In this document: piece after piece, positions 1 to 9,591 of the stretch
How the letters are laid out: every line of letters starts with the position of its first letter
Position numbering within the stretch: position 1 is the stretch's first letter
The notes under the pieces: model-generated
Told to the model about the DNA's origin: nothing
Database searches by the model: none
The model's input: the letters and a program-made list of their open reading frames with translations, nothing else
Virus record (IMG/VR): IMGVR_UViG_3300025362_000005
Span: 26,241-90,240 of that record
Length of the DNA stretch: 64,000 nucleotides
Strand: one strand, 5' to 3'
DNA from: a virus
Translations under genes and position numbers: made by a program

Positions 1-348
1 CTGAGCCAAATAAGCAGTTTCAGTATCACCACTTACAGCCATAACTTTTTGTTTATAGAACCCCACAAGAATACGACTCACGGCTTCACTCTTATTTTTA
101 TTCCATACCAGCACTCTTTTTCGCAGTAGTAGTGAAGCAGGGTTAATACGGGTAACTTCAGTTATTGAACGTACTGTCCAATCAGCCCTCCATTCATCAC
201 GTATCTCAGCATTTCTTTGAGAAGAAAATGTATATAGTTTTACTGATACTCCACGTCCATCATATTTACCAATTAGTCCTTTATAATAGCCTACAGCCCC
301 GTCACTTACTCTTTTATAAATTTGTCCCGTGAATAGTTTACTACTCAT
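1..348 (-). CDS. hypothetical protein, 3'-truncated by window edge
   Basis: ATG at 348 overlaps the upstream TGA (ATGA); frame open for 116 codons to position 1 (MSSKLFTGQIYKRVSDG...). Confidence 0.6.
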   Translation of the reverse strand, partial: MSSKLFTGQIYKRVSDGAVGYYKGLIGKYDGRGVSVKLYTFSSQRNAEIRDEWRADWTVRSITEVTRINPASLLLRKRVLVWNKNKSEAVSRILVGFYKQKVMAVSGDTETAYLAQ

Positions 349-1439
349 TTTAATGCCTTTATTGCCTCTTGTGCAACTACCACCATTGCTTGAGCATCAA
401 TAAGAGCTTTTTCAGCAATAGCTTTTTCTGGACTTATTACAGGAGTTGTTACAGGAGTTGTTACAGGAGAAGCAAACAACCATTCCTCACCATCAGTATC
501 CGTAAAATAACCCTCAGTAAATGAATGAATATCTTCTACACATTCACAGCTTTCTTCATCAAGAATATTATTTACATCAGATACCCAACAACTAATAACT
601 TCATCACGCGGAATAGCTTTCAACCAATCAGGAAAATCTTCTATTTTTGTGGTAGTATATGATGGGATTAGTTTAATGTTTGGAGGATTTTTCACTTCCA
701 CATACCCTGTGTCATCACGTTTTACCCATACAGTGCTTTTTTCTACTTTTTCAACCACTCCTGTATCTCCTTTACTTCCATTATACCCACCACTATCACC
801 ATCATTAGTGTACACTACTCTATCACCTTTCTTAAACACATCGTCCTCCTCTGTTATTAAATCAATTCTGAATTCATACATATTAAGTACTCGCCCTTTG
901 TCTGTTTTTATGTTCACAAATGGCATACCTTTATTACTACCTGTACCTACATCACCATCGTATTTTACAAATGTAGCCTTTTCACCCGCTTCAATAGCCC
1001 CGTACTTACAATTTATTACTACTCTGTCACCTGCTTTGAACCTCATAATTTCTCCTTTGTTATTAAATATTCTATGCATTAATTTCAATGAATCAAACAT
1101 GTTTTTGCCCACAGCTTTTATTTCTTGGGGTATAGTGCTTTGTACCCCTCCAATAAATTTAGACGCTATTTCACAATTCTTATATATGTCGGGAATAGGT
1201 AGGGGTTCATCTATTACAACATTTGTGTATGATTGTCCTTTCATGAGGGGTACTGCTTCAAACCATGATTCACGCACATGATTTTCATTTAGCCATTTAT
1301 TTGCATATTTTAATGATTCTTGATCGTTTTCACAACCCTTAGACAATGCATATAATGGACAATCATCACAGGCATAGCCATAATTATCACACGTGCCTTC
1401 CCTTGCTTTAATGTCTTCAACTATTTCTCTGTTTGTCAT
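345..1439 (-). CDS. multi-domain hypothetical protein (Cys-rich N-terminus, two SH3/KOW-like repeats)
   Basis: FKAGDRVV and FKKGDRVV repeats; N-terminal Cys cluster; internal AAGGAGAAATT-ATG at 1046. Confidence 0.6.
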   Translation of the reverse strand: MTNREIVEDIKAREGTCDNYGYACDDCPLYALSKGCENDQESLKYANKWLNENHVRESWFEAVPLMKGQSYTNVVIDEPLPIPDIYKNCEIASKFIGGVQSTIPQEIKAVGKNMFDSLKLMHRIFNNKGEIMRFKAGDRVVINCKYGAIEAGEKATFVKYDGDVGTGSNKGMPFVNIKTDKGRVLNMYEFRIDLITEEDDVFKKGDRVVYTNDGDSGGYNGSKGDTGVVEKVEKSTVWVKRDDTGYVEVKNPPNIKLIPSYTTTKIEDFPDWLKAIPRDEVISCWVSDVNNILDEESCECVEDIHSFTEGYFTDTDGEEWLFASPVTTPVTTPVISPEKAIAEKALIDAQAMVVVAQEAIKALK

Positions 1440-1636
1440 ATGTTCTCCCCCATAATATCATCGTAATATTTGGACACTGCTTTTCTTATATTGTAAGAAG
1501 GGTATCTCACCCTTATTGCCTTTGCTATTTTAGTCAGCTCTCTCTTACCTTTATCAGTAGTTAAATGCCCACAAAAGTTCTTAACAAAATCTTCTGTTGC
1601 ACCAACATCCTTATCAAACAATTCTTCTTTAGTCAT
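1436..1636 (-). CDS. hypothetical protein
   Basis: Start moved to ATG 1636 (GGAGAACAT-ATG, MTKEELF); stop overlaps next start. Confidence 0.6.
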   Translation of the reverse strand: MTKEELFDKDVGATEDFVKNFCGHLTTDKGKRELTKIAKAIRVRYPSYNIRKAVSKYYDDIMGENI

Positions 1637-1649
1637 ATGTTCTCCTTGT

Positions 1650-1928
1650 TTAAAGTGGATAATTTCCCACTGTTTTTGGAATATGTAATGATTCTTTGAT
1701 TGAATAATGTACATAATCAGCATCAGTTACACAAGAAGAAGGTATAGAAGCACTCCTACTTTCAATACAACTCATGTCATTTACATCTTCTTGATAAATT
1801 GGCTTTACATCTGTCATTATTGTCATTATCCCTTTATTTATTTTTGAAAAACAAATATACATTCCTGTAAAATCAGCCCACTCCTGTAATGAGTGTTTTG
1901 TATATCCTAATTCTGGTAGTAATTTCAT
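1650..1928 (-). CDS. hypothetical protein
   Basis: GGAG RBS, co-oriented in operon. Confidence 0.6.
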   Translation of the reverse strand: MKLLPELGYTKHSLQEWADFTGMYICFSKINKGIMTIMTDVKPIYQEDVNDMSCIESRSASIPSSCVTDADYVHYSIKESLHIPKTVGNYPL

Positions 1929-1963
1929 TGGTTCTCCTTGTAATCTAAATCAAGTATACTGTA

Positions 1964-2845
1964 TCAGCCAAACTTTGTCAATAGCTGATTCATGTATTCT
2001 TGAGATTGTTTTTCACTTAGTTCTCCGGGGTCGTTTACGCCACACTCTGCTAGTAGGGTGTTATTGACAGATACTGAGCATCCCATCATGTCCAGCTCGA
2101 TTGCTAGTTTATTTGCTGATCTTTGGGCTGGTTTTTCGTTATCAAAAAGGATGATTGTGTGTTTGTCTAGTCTAGCAATTTCATAAGATTGGGCTTTGGT
2201 ATATGATGTACCGAACGTACATACGCTATTGTCTCCTAAACGCCAGACATCGGTTATACCCTCTACGATTACAATTACATTATTAAAAATATTGTCAATA
2301 TTATATAAAATCTCCTTATTATTCATTATGGCTGACTCTAAAGGACAGTTTTTGTAAAACTTTTGCCTAACGTCTCTTTCCTGAAAGGATACGATTTGAT
2401 GTTGGTAGTACACTGGTATTACTATTTTATAACCATCGCTACGCAAATCGTACTTGGTTTTGATGACCCCTGCATTAAACCCCCTACTTCTCAAGAAATC
2501 TCCGTGACTCTTTTTGATTGGTTTATTAGAAATTTTGAATTCTGATTTCTTTATAGTTTGGGCTTTATCAACATAGACAACGTCATCACTTGAATACTCA
2601 GCAATTATCTTATACGCTTCTTTAGCACTTACATTGAGTATATCTTGTATATAGTTGTTTAGTGAGTGCCACCCCGTTTTCCAGCTTGAAAGGTATCCCT
2701 TGCTTTTGTGAAAACCGAGGTGGTATGAGGTGTCATTTACAGCATAGATGTCCATCAGCCCAACATAGTTTTGAGAGATGTTCTTGCCTGTTAATGAGTA
2801 AAGAATTGAGTGGTCGTCACAGAATTGTACCATATCAAAGGCCAT
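1964..2845 (-). CDS. DNA primase (TOPRIM)
   Basis: IVIPVY..IVSFQER, VIVEGITD, IILFDNE and NDPGEL motifs of phage DnaG-type primases. Confidence 0.85.
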   Translation of the reverse strand: MAFDMVQFCDDHSILYSLTGKNISQNYVGLMDIYAVNDTSYHLGFHKSKGYLSSWKTGWHSLNNYIQDILNVSAKEAYKIIAEYSSDDVVYVDKAQTIKKSEFKISNKPIKKSHGDFLRSRGFNAGVIKTKYDLRSDGYKIVIPVYYQHQIVSFQERDVRQKFYKNCPLESAIMNNKEILYNIDNIFNNVIVIVEGITDVWRLGDNSVCTFGTSYTKAQSYEIARLDKHTIILFDNEKPAQRSANKLAIELDMMGCSVSVNNTLLAECGVNDPGELSEKQSQEYMNQLLTKFG

Positions 2846-3170
2846 AATTGTTCTTCCTATTTGTTTCTATTAGTAGTAACACTAGATGAGTAACTGATTC
2901 TCAACCAACCACACAGTATCTTTTATGATTTAAATTGAAGTAGTAACACTATACTATTGTATATTCATTACTATAGGTGTCCCAACACATAACGTGAATT
3001 AGTTACTTCCACATCCCAACCGTGCACACACAATATCGTTTATTTAACAACACTAGGGTTTTTCTTCTGGTATCTATACTAGCATTTTTATTTCTTAGGG
3101 TTCCCTAGTCTAATTGCCTACCCTATTCCACGTATTTCGTAACTGTGCTTACCCGTAACGATCAGGACAT

Positions 3171-3290
3171 AAAAAAGACTATATATAGCCCCTTTGGGAA
3201 CTACCCCTGTCAACCAATAGTATAAAACTGACAAGAGGCTACATATAATCTCTATGACATACTATTTATTAACACAGGGTAGTTAATTCC
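3171..3290 (-). ncRNA. putative C4/CI-like antisense or attenuator RNA 1
   Basis: Long stem 3177-3250 plus U-tract 3171-3176; loop and side arm complementary to upstream 3259-3266 and 3274-3284. Confidence 0.55.
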
Positions 3291-3300
3291 TGATAACTAT

Positions 3301-3329
3301 ACTATATAACAATTATTAAATTTCATCAA
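3301..3329 (-). promoter_or_regulatory. sigma70-type promoter
   Basis: TTGATG-17bp-TATAGT; context nearly identical to the promoter at 16179-16207. Confidence 0.7.
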
Positions 3330-3336
3330 GGTACCT

Positions 3337-3822
3337 CTAGGGTCTCCACTTTTCACTGTAATCATCACTTTTCCCATCATTACAGCGTTTACATAAAATT
3401 TGCAAATTTTCTATATTATAGGAAAATTCTGATTCGGGGTGAGCACTGCGAGGTACAATGTGGTCTACAGTCAATTTAGCACCATCTTCAACCCCTCTTC
3501 CGCAAAGACAGCATTTACGACCATACTTAATAAACGCCTCCACCCGTAGCTTCTTCCACCTCTTACTTGAATAAAAGTCCGTTTTAGCCTTTGGTTTTGG
3601 CTTTGTCTCTACAGGTTTACACCCTTTAAAATTACTAACACTATTTATATGTGCCCATAAACAACTACACACATTTGATTTAAGCGCATGATTGCCTGTA
3701 AGATGTCTATAAATTTTTATAAGGGTTTTGTTGCTGACATTATTATTAGTTGTACATAACCCCTTCTTGAAAACCCAATTTACTATCATCTGACGCCGTT
3801 CTGCGGTTATTTTATGACTCAC
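3337..3822 (-). CDS. HNH endonuclease
   Basis: FYSSKRWKKLR..CCLCG..VDHIVP..NLQILCKRCN. Confidence 0.9.
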   Translation of the reverse strand: MSHKITAERRQMIVNWVFKKGLCTTNNNVSNKTLIKIYRHLTGNHALKSNVCSCLWAHINSVSNFKGCKPVETKPKPKAKTDFYSSKRWKKLRVEAFIKYGRKCCLCGRGVEDGAKLTVDHIVPRSAHPESEFSYNIENLQILCKRCNDGKSDDYSEKWRP

Positions 3823-3832
3823 ATATACCCCT

Positions 3833-4846
3833 TTAGTTAAATAACGTATCCACTATTTTCTTAGCACTTAACAACCTTTCTAAATATGTGCCTGTAATTA
3901 TATGACAAGGCATATGTCTCCTCGTGTACATATCTTTTAAAGTACGGTTATTTCGTTCTCTCTCAGCAACCTCTCCTTGGAATCTTAACCCATCATCTAC
4001 CCACGGCACATCTGGCTCTAAATATAATATGAGATCAAACTCTTGCTGATCAATAATGTTCTCAACCACCTTAGAGGTTCTGTCATGATACATTCCCAAA
4101 TAGTACTGTGTGATAACTGCATCAGAATCAACAAACAATATTTTATTGCTTTCATACGCTAATTTATTTTGTAGTAGTATATGTTCCATTGCTATTTGTG
4201 GAAACATTTCGGTTGTTAGATTGTTTTTATACCGCTTGCAGTAGTCACGTCCGACTTCATGACAGTAATTAGTGTAGTAAAGATTAGCAAGCTGTTTTGT
4301 TAACGTACTCTTACCACAGCTCTCTGTGCCCACAATAGCTACTTTTTTAGTAAAGAACTGCCGTGCTGATTTTGTTAAATACTCCCAATTACTGTATATA
4401 TCTTTTTTTATTTCCGTAGCACTTATGTTTACCGTGTCGCGCCTGCTATCAATTACAATGTGTTCAGCATTTGGGTAATACTGGGCAAAGAAAGGGGTAT
4501 AACTGTGTTCTGAACTAAATACATGAGTGATGGGTTCAACTATAATATTCCTTACATCCCTAGTACCATTTTCCCAATCGTATTCAGACTCATCAGCACT
4601 ACAGGTATCGACAATTTCCACTACTTCTATGTTTTCAAAATTATTTAGTTCTTCACTTATCCATGATTTTCTCGTACTACCCGAAATATACTTAATACCT
4701 GCTCGTTCACATAATGCCCGATCTCGTTTTATCGAAGAAATCAATACAACATATAGTTTATCCACAAAGTTGCTTGCGTACATTATAGCATATAAATGAC
4801 CAATATGGAAAGGCAGGAATTTACCACCGATAAAACCTGTTTTCAT
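3833..4846 (-). CDS. nadR: NadR-type NMN adenylyltransferase / ribosylnicotinamide kinase
   Basis: GKFLPFHIGH nucleotidyltransferase motif, ISAT motif, P-loop GTESCGKST, PWVDDGLR; no N-terminal HTH. Confidence 0.92.
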   Translation of the reverse strand: MKTGFIGGKFLPFHIGHLYAIMYASNFVDKLYVVLISSIKRDRALCERAGIKYISGSTRKSWISEELNNFENIEVVEIVDTCSADESEYDWENGTRDVRNIIVEPITHVFSSEHSYTPFFAQYYPNAEHIVIDSRRDTVNISATEIKKDIYSNWEYLTKSARQFFTKKVAIVGTESCGKSTLTKQLANLYYTNYCHEVGRDYCKRYKNNLTTEMFPQIAMEHILLQNKLAYESNKILFVDSDAVITQYYLGMYHDRTSKVVENIIDQQEFDLILYLEPDVPWVDDGLRFQGEVAERERNNRTLKDMYTRRHMPCHIITGTYLERLLSAKKIVDTLFN

Positions 4847-5700
4847 TATTTACTCCTCTTTTTATTTTTACTTCTGCCCTGAGTATATTCTATAGGGCAT
4901 TCATATCGCATCACATCTTCTTTGCCGTTAGTAAACCATTTTTTCCCTTTATTTACACATGTTTGTCCTTTTAGAGCATTACTAATCTTTTTCTTGTGTT
5001 CTTCACTGTGTGGCTTACCTTTATTAGCTTTTAATAACGCTTCTTTTACCGAGTCAGGCATTGCATGCCCCTTTAAAGCATTACTTATTTTCTGTCTGAC
5101 ATCTTCTGGGGGGTTATTCCCATAAAGGTGGTGTTCCTTTCCCCTTTTATACTCTCTATTTTTTGCTCTAATTATTAAATTTTTTCTATGCTCTTTAGTA
5201 ATTAACCTTCCTAGAGTAAACCCATTAGGGCACCCTCCCTTAGTATATATATTCGTTATTCCATCATTATAATATTTCTTCCCTAAATTTGGATTGTCAT
5301 TTTCTATATACCAATTTCTTATTTTTTCAGAAGCCCTTTTCAATCTATCAGGGTCTCTATTCTCTTTTAGTCTTGACTTTGAAAACCCTTTTTTAAGACG
5401 CTCATATTCTTTGGAATTCCTTACACAATAATTATTCTGACCATCGTTTGCTAACCACCATAAAGACATAAACATCCCTATTCCCGGATATATTTTATCT
5501 AACAATTGATGACAGATATAGTGCTCTCGTGCTGTTAATAACGTAATATTTCCTTTTCTCTTTGCCCAAAGGGGAAACAATGATTTTGGTAAAATATGGT
5601 GTTTTTCATAGTAATTCCCCTCTTTCTTTTTAACCCCCCTTTCTTTTTTATTTTTAATCGAATTTCTTATTATAGAAATATAAATCTTCCTGTATTCCAT
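4846..5700 (-). CDS. free-standing HNH homing endonuclease with NUMOD3 repeats
   Basis: YEKHHILPKS..LTAREHYICHQLL; HSEEHKKKISNALKG-type repeats; KKWFTNG. Confidence 0.88.
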   Translation of the reverse strand: MEYRKIYISIIRNSIKNKKERGVKKKEGNYYEKHHILPKSLFPLWAKRKGNITLLTAREHYICHQLLDKIYPGIGMFMSLWWLANDGQNNYCVRNSKEYERLKKGFSKSRLKENRDPDRLKRASEKIRNWYIENDNPNLGKKYYNDGITNIYTKGGCPNGFTLGRLITKEHRKNLIIRAKNREYKRGKEHHLYGNNPPEDVRQKISNALKGHAMPDSVKEALLKANKGKPHSEEHKKKISNALKGQTCVNKGKKWFTNGKEDVMRYECPIEYTQGRSKNKKRSK

Positions 5701-5752
5701 TCCCTCTCCTATACAAATTGTTTAGTTTGTATATATAATAATACAAAAACGT

Positions 5753-6514
5753 TTATTTACTAGACCCCTTCAGCCAATTAACATAACCATAGGTAGCATT
5801 TACTAAAAATGCAATCCACATTAATAAGATTCCTATTGCAAAAAGCCCACCTTCGTTTATAACTATGTTAGCCCACATATATACCGTTACCAAATCCACA
5901 ATTATCCACAAAATCCATTGCTCGGCATATAAATAAGCCATTAATATCATTGCAATAACAGATAACACGGTACTCATGGAGTCAAAATAAGGAGTTAGTC
6001 CCCCCATGGCTTTTAATATAACACCATACCCTATTACACCAATAATAGATACTATTCCCCATGTTACTGCACCACGTATACTCAGTCGCTTCATTACTAC
6101 CGTGTCTTTAGCTTCTACATTCTTTGGAGAAACCCACAAATACCATCCATAAAACTGCATAGGTAGAAAATAGAATGCGTTAAGCATAGCATCCCCATAT
6201 AATCGCCATAAATAAGCAGAATATGCATACGCAATTACATTTATTAACCCAAACACGTAATTACTTATACGTCCTTTGGCGACAAGTATTACACACCATA
6301 TACCTGTTATGCTTGAAACCAGTGCTACCCATGACGCAAGTGCATTTGTGGTATCCCATGTGAAAATAGATGCCACGAGTATAACTACTGTTGAAACACT
6401 TATCCACAGTTTTTCCCATAGTGTCCAATCACGGAAATAGTCTGCAACAGTTACCCCTTTCTGTGCACGGAAATAATTCTTGCTATTGTCTATAAAATTC
6501 CTACATACTTTCAT
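5753..6514 (-). CDS. pnuC: nicotinamide riboside transporter PnuC
   Basis: Multi-TM; KGRISNYVFG, MQFYGWYLW, PYFDS, EQWILWIIVD, NATYGYVNW; neighbour of nadR. Confidence 0.92.
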   Translation of the reverse strand: MKVCRNFIDNSKNYFRAQKGVTVADYFRDWTLWEKLWISVSTVVILVASIFTWDTTNALASWVALVSSITGIWCVILVAKGRISNYVFGLINVIAYAYSAYLWRLYGDAMLNAFYFLPMQFYGWYLWVSPKNVEAKDTVVMKRLSIRGAVTWGIVSIIGVIGYGVILKAMGGLTPYFDSMSTVLSVIAMILMAYLYAEQWILWIIVDLVTVYMWANIVINEGGLFAIGILLMWIAFLVNATYGYVNWLKGSSK

Positions 6515-6532
6515 AATTTCTCCTATTATATT

Positions 6533-6841
6533 CTATCTAACAAAGTAAAACCCTATCCACGCCAATCCCCAAACTATAAATGGTTTCATTATTGCTTGTG
6601 CAAGTTTTTGCAAGTTTTCCTCTGTAGATTCATCAACATGTATTGCCTCTAGTTTACTAAACATCATTTGTATAGCCATGATAAAGAAAGTCACACCTAC
6701 TGCATACCAATATGTTATAAGAGGTGTGTTCACCCACAACACTATATAGTGATTGTATACCCACATTATAGGTAATGCCCATAACAGATATATAGAAAAT
6801 GCAAACAACGCCCCTACTACAAATTTACCAATTATTTTCAT
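6533..6841 (-). CDS. small membrane protein
   Basis: Three hydrophobic segments. Confidence 0.65.
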   Translation of the reverse strand: MKIIGKFVVGALFAFSIYLLWALPIMWVYNHYIVLWVNTPLITYWYAVGVTFFIMAIQMMFSKLEAIHVDESTEENLQKLAQAIMKPFIVWGLAWIGFYFVR

Positions 6842-7170
6842 TTTGTCTCCTTATTTAACAACTTTAATGCACTATTTAGACAATTTCTACACACTTTTAT
6901 TACTTTCTTACCGCCTCTTAACGCCACTAATGCGTCTGCATCTTTATGACACTCATCACAAAGGTAGTCTGTCCAACTATGGTTTCCAATAATGTCGTCT
7001 ATTTGTTTTCTATTAGGGGTTGCTCCTAATGCCACTAATTTATTATACACTGCTTCATCAGTTTTGATTATCCACCCCTCCCCTGTAAAATACATTGATT
7101 CCCATTGTTGTTTTTTAAACGTTTTTGCAATTATATTCAGCACACCTTCTTGCCTTGTTATTACATGCAT
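6838..7170 (-). CDS. hypothetical protein with C-terminal CxxC..CxxC
   Basis: CDEC..CRNC; ATGA coupling. Confidence 0.65.
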   Translation of the reverse strand: MHVITRQEGVLNIIAKTFKKQQWESMYFTGEGWIIKTDEAVYNKLVALGATPNRKQIDDIIGNHSWTDYLCDECHKDADALVALRGGKKVIKVCRNCLNSALKLLNKETK

Positions 7171-7171
7171 T

Positions 7172-7453
7172 TCAATCGTCCTTTTGATTATCAGACACTA
7201 CAAGGCATTCACCTTCTTCAAGAATACGTACATTTCCACAAACATCATTTTTATGTTCTGCAACAAACGCTTGATCTGCCCATTCGCCTATTTCAATCCA
7301 TCTGTATTTATCCCCTTTGTTTATAGGGGCTACATATTGTACTACCGTACCGCTGGGCATTCCACCTAGGGTTAATACCTCTGCTAACTGCCCATCTTTC
7401 ATTTCACTTAATGACACAATTTTGCTTTCTATTGATCTTTTCAATACTATCAT
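7172..7453 (-). CDS. hypothetical protein
   Basis: GGAGG RBS. Confidence 0.6.
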   Translation of the reverse strand: MIVLKRSIESKIVSLSEMKDGQLAEVLTLGGMPSGTVVQYVAPINKGDKYRWIEIGEWADQAFVAEHKNDVCGNVRILEEGECLVVSDNQKDD

Positions 7454-7481
7454 CTCGTCCTCCTATTTCTTTCAGTGTATA

Positions 7482-9035
7482 CTATTTTCTATTTTTAGTC
7501 AAGTCCTTTACCAATTCTTTTAAGAAATTAATTTCATCTACTTCTTTACCGTCTATTATTTGCTCAACCATCTTTCTACTACGATCTAGTAAAGTCATTA
7601 TTCGTTGCTCAATAGAATTCCTTGCCATAAAAACAAACACGTTTACATTTGCTTCTTGTCCAATTCTCCACAACCTGTCTGTTGCTTGATCAAAAGTAGT
7701 GCTTGTCCAAGGCAATTGTACAAATCCCACATTTGAACAAACCGCTTGAAAACCATCTAAACCCGTTGCCATTGCCGCCGTATTCCCAATGATTAACTGC
7801 TTATCTCCTAGAAACTGTGCTTTGGCTTCGTCCTTCTGCTTTTGGCTCATGCCCCCATAGTATTTTACAGCAACATCTTTAAATGTTTCTTGTATATTTA
7901 CAACAATTTTCCTGTGATTAGCAAACAATACTAGCTTTTCACCAGTACTTAAAAAATCTGTTATCCAAGCAATCATAGCATCTCGTTTACCTAAATATGC
8001 AAGATACTGTAAATATGTCATAGATGCTTTGCTTTGTAGATAATTACCCTCTCCAAACACTTCCTTTATCGCTCGTTGTTTCTCTGTGTTATATTCTTCT
8101 AACACGGCTTTATCCATATCAAATAACAATGGAATCACTACTTTTGATGGCATGTCCATAGAATCTTCTTTTGTACGCCTTATCATAATATTAGCTAAAT
8201 GCTCACGTAGCTCCTCTACATTTGACAACCCCGTCACATCCCAGCCATTGCGACCTATCTTTCTATCGCAGTAACGTGCAGTAAAATGAAAATAATCAGT
8301 AAAAACTACAGGATTTAAAATATGGAGAATTGGGTAAAATTGCGCCGTGTGAGATGCTATGGGAGTTCCTGATAGCCCTAGTGTTCTGCCTATATTCATA
8401 GCTATAGCAGTGAAAGCCTTTGTACGCTGTGCTTTTGTATTACTTACAAACTGCACCTCATCCCCTACTAAAATGCTAGCATTTAATGTCTTCAGCACCT
8501 TTTCATGATAACTTAGTATTTCGTAGTTTATAATAATATACTTACAACGTGGGATGTTATAAGGCTTTTGTCCATAAACTATATGATAATCTGTGGAATC
8601 AACCCATTTAGTTATTTGATCACCCCACTGAGATTTTATCGAAGCTTGACAAACAATAATAGTGCATTCAGCTTTTAGAAAGTGTTTTACATACAACAAA
8701 GCAATAGCAGTCTTTCCCATGCCCATCGAAAAACTCAATAAGCAATTGCCCTCAGTATTATACAAAAACCGCAATGCCTCTAATTGTGCATTATACAAAT
8801 TAGGAGGCAAAGTCTTCAATATCTTATCAGGAATTGGTTTGATTTCTAACCTTTTTATCTGTTGTACAAACCCACGTTTTTGCAATACCAACCTATTCAT
8901 CTCAGTTTTTGGTATATTCCACGTCTTTGTTTTTGCCAGATATTTAGCATCTTCTAAAAAGTGAATGAGTTTCCCTATATCAGCCTTACGATGAACGGGT
9001 ACAAAATACCCATTAGTGTGTTCAATAAAACGCAC
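7482..9035 (-). CDS. SNF2-family helicase/ATPase
   Basis: MGMGKT, INYE, GDEVQ, LSGTP, MIRRTK, QATDRLWRIGQ. Confidence 0.9.
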   Translation of the reverse strand: MRFIEHTNGYFVPVHRKADIGKLIHFLEDAKYLAKTKTWNIPKTEMNRLVLQKRGFVQQIKRLEIKPIPDKILKTLPPNLYNAQLEALRFLYNTEGNCLLSFSMGMGKTAIALLYVKHFLKAECTIIVCQASIKSQWGDQITKWVDSTDYHIVYGQKPYNIPRCKYIIINYEILSYHEKVLKTLNASILVGDEVQFVSNTKAQRTKAFTAIAMNIGRTLGLSGTPIASHTAQFYPILHILNPVVFTDYFHFTARYCDRKIGRNGWDVTGLSNVEELREHLANIMIRRTKEDSMDMPSKVVIPLLFDMDKAVLEEYNTEKQRAIKEVFGEGNYLQSKASMTYLQYLAYLGKRDAMIAWITDFLSTGEKLVLFANHRKIVVNIQETFKDVAVKYYGGMSQKQKDEAKAQFLGDKQLIIGNTAAMATGLDGFQAVCSNVGFVQLPWTSTTFDQATDRLWRIGQEANVNVFVFMARNSIEQRIMTLLDRSRKMVEQIIDGKEVDEINFLKELVKDLTKNRK

Positions 9036-9427
9036 TAAGTGTTCTCTATAATAGTTTTCAACATATTCACAACAGTGTATGCATTGCAGTCATAGTTCTC
9101 ACTGTACTGTGTAATAATGTCATCTAAGGTTTTCTGGTTTTGTTCCTTACTAGCTACTGCTATTGTTGAACCCAACACAGCTATAGCAGTTTCCATATGC
9201 TGTTTAGACACATACCCTATAGTTATAGAAGGGGCGTCTGTAAACCTGTACGTGTAACTACTAAAGTTATCAATAGTATCCACATCAATAACCACATCTT
9301 TCATTTGTTTAGCAAACCAATCAACACTAGCTTTTATTGCACGGTCATCAAATGACGTATATACATCTGTGCTTTTTAACAAAAACTCTATGTATCGCTT
9401 TAGCACTACACTACCTCTTTTAAACAA
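9035..9427 (-). CDS. hypothetical protein
   Basis: Translationally coupled ORF. Confidence 0.55.
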   Translation of the reverse strand: MFKRGSVVLKRYIEFLLKSTDVYTSFDDRAIKASVDWFAKQMKDVVIDVDTIDNFSSYTYRFTDAPSITIGYVSKQHMETAIAVLGSTIAVASKEQNQKTLDDIITQYSENYDCNAYTVVNMLKTIIENT

Positions 9428-9591
9428 GTGTCTATAAATTCATAACACTCTTTACGGGTATCAAAACTCCCAAAATAATCTTTGCTTCGCCATATCTCCC
9501 ACTTGCTGTTCACCGGGTTTTTAAATACACGAAATCCATTGTGTGTATACTTCGTAAATGTTTGAATTTTAAAATCGTTTGAACCAATCAT
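9406..9591 (-). CDS. hypothetical protein
   Basis: Start at ATG 9591 (GAGGAG RBS, ATGA overlap). Confidence 0.55.
   Translation of the reverse strand: MIGSNDFKIQTFTKYTHNGFRVFKNPVNSKWEIWRSKDYFGSFDTRKECYEFIDTCLKEVV

Noticed and set aside
649-1281. Long antisense ORFs here and opposite structural genes (e.g. 54027..54800, 44664..45224)
   Set aside because: Fully overlap well-supported genes on the other strand, with no RBS or motifs
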